Part shown: positions 62,737 through 64,000 of the stretch, one piece after another
How positions within the stretch are numbered: the stretch's first letter is position 1
How the letters are laid out: each line of letters starts with the position of its first letter
From: Octopus vulgaris
Taxonomy: Eukaryota
Reading direction: 5' to 3'
DNA length: 64,000 bases
Assembly (NCBI GenBank): GCA_951406725.2
Contig: OX597819.1
Coordinates: forward strand, 107,942,001 to 108,006,000
The notes under the pieces: generated by a model
Database searches by the model: none
What the model was told of the DNA's origin: nothing
The model's input: only the letters and a program-made list of their open reading frames with translations
Position numbers and translations under genes: made by a program

Positions 62737-63669
62737 TATATGCAACTGTCCATGTGTGAATAGATCAGTATCATACATCACATATTTCTTTAGAGTTTAT
62801 CTCTAAATATTGCCATGCAAATACTCATACACATTTTCACAAGCATATGATACTTCAGTAAATTTGCATGGCAGCAAATTTACAGATAGTAGCATGTTGG
62901 ATACAGTTCAAATTCTACTAAGATCATTTGCTTGCCGCACCTTCAGGTTGATAAATAGAGTACCAGTCCAGAGTAGTGGATTGGTGGAATTAGATTGTTG
63001 GACTAGATGTTTTGCAGTGTTTGTGCTTGTTCTGAGTTCAAATCCTTCTACTCTTACAAAAAAAAAACAAAAACAAAAACAAAAAAACAGAAAGAAAAAA
63101 ATATGACAACACTTCTGTTATAAGTTGCAGCCTAGAAAAACCATTTCCTTCGGTTGATTAAAGAATCAGCTGTCATACTTCTTTGAACCACATATATTTG
63201 GCCATGCATGTATGTATGATAGATTACTCAGTTATTTTGTAATATTGTACTGTAGGTTATGTTGCATTAAATTTTGTTAAACACTCCTATCTCTTCTTTC
63301 ATGACCAGTGCATCAATTATGCCTCAAAAATTCAGCAGAGCAATGTTACTGGTCCTGTACAGTGCTATGTATCAATGATATTGTTAGGATGGAGTTTGAC
63401 TAGGATCTGAATGTTTGGTATTGTAATGATGCACTTTTGTTGACCAATAAAATAAAGCCCATGATATAACGAAGTTGATGAAGAACTTGAACTCACAGGT
63501 CAAGTTAACAGTTCTAAACATATACAACAGGTACTTAATTATCCATTTTTCACAACATCAAGTCACAGTGGAACTATTCATCAAATTCATCATCACACCT
63601 TTCTCATTTCTGATCTTACTTTTGAGCCCACTTTCTTTGTAAGATATTAAACCTTAAACTATTACTTAA

Positions 63670-64000
63670 AAATTGTCAAGAAGGCCAAGGGTGTCTTAGC
63701 ATCACTCAGCAAGACTTTTGTTAGCCGCTCTCCAGCCATCTATTTAAAACTGTATACAGCTATGGTACGACCACACTTGGAATTCGCATCATCAGTTTGG
63801 AACCCCTATCTTGCTCAGAACATTGACCTCCTGGAATCTGTCCAGAGACGTGCAACCAAACGCATACCCTCCATCAGACACCTACCATATTCTGAGCGCC
63901 TTGTTTCCCTGGGCATGGATTCACTGAAGCTCCGGCGTTAGGCGACGGACTTGGTAAACACCCACAAAGTTATCAACCACCTCACCAACAACAACACTGA
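63670..64000 (+). mobile_element. Second 5'-truncated copy of the CR1/L2-group LINE (runs off the window)
   Basis: Nearly identical to ~58572-58904. Confidence 0.9.

Overview
AT-rich, repeat-dense animal DNA. Octopus or another coleoid cephalopod is inferred from the RTE/SINE families with (GAT)n tails, the (TA)n/(CA)n microsatellites and a single-coding-exon poly-C2H2 gene. The only clear host gene is an 18-finger C2H2 ORF (53615-55171, +). The dominant structure is a giant imperfect palindrome: arms ~14180-27368 and 31027-~43700 around a 3.66-kb spacer, with satellite continuing in opposite orientations out to ~12010 and ~47160. It is centred on a Penelope-like retroelement (RT + C-terminal GIY-YIG, Hydra-clade-like motifs) with a 1.4-kb pseudo-LTR, a 3.6-kb GU-rich repetitive 3' UTR and three minimal hammerhead ribozymes. 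The inverted Penelope copy runs on into ~9 kb of mirrored flank. That flank holds a second hammerhead-bearing non-autonomous element with a 197-bp hairpin, a decayed RTE LINE with a PHD finger inside its RT, and a modular satellite with internal inversions. The rest comprises CR1/L2-group LINE fragments, Helitron relics, MITEs, tRNA-derived SINEs and LTR-like repeats. Coordinates were read by eye, and fuzzy repeat boundaries are approximate.
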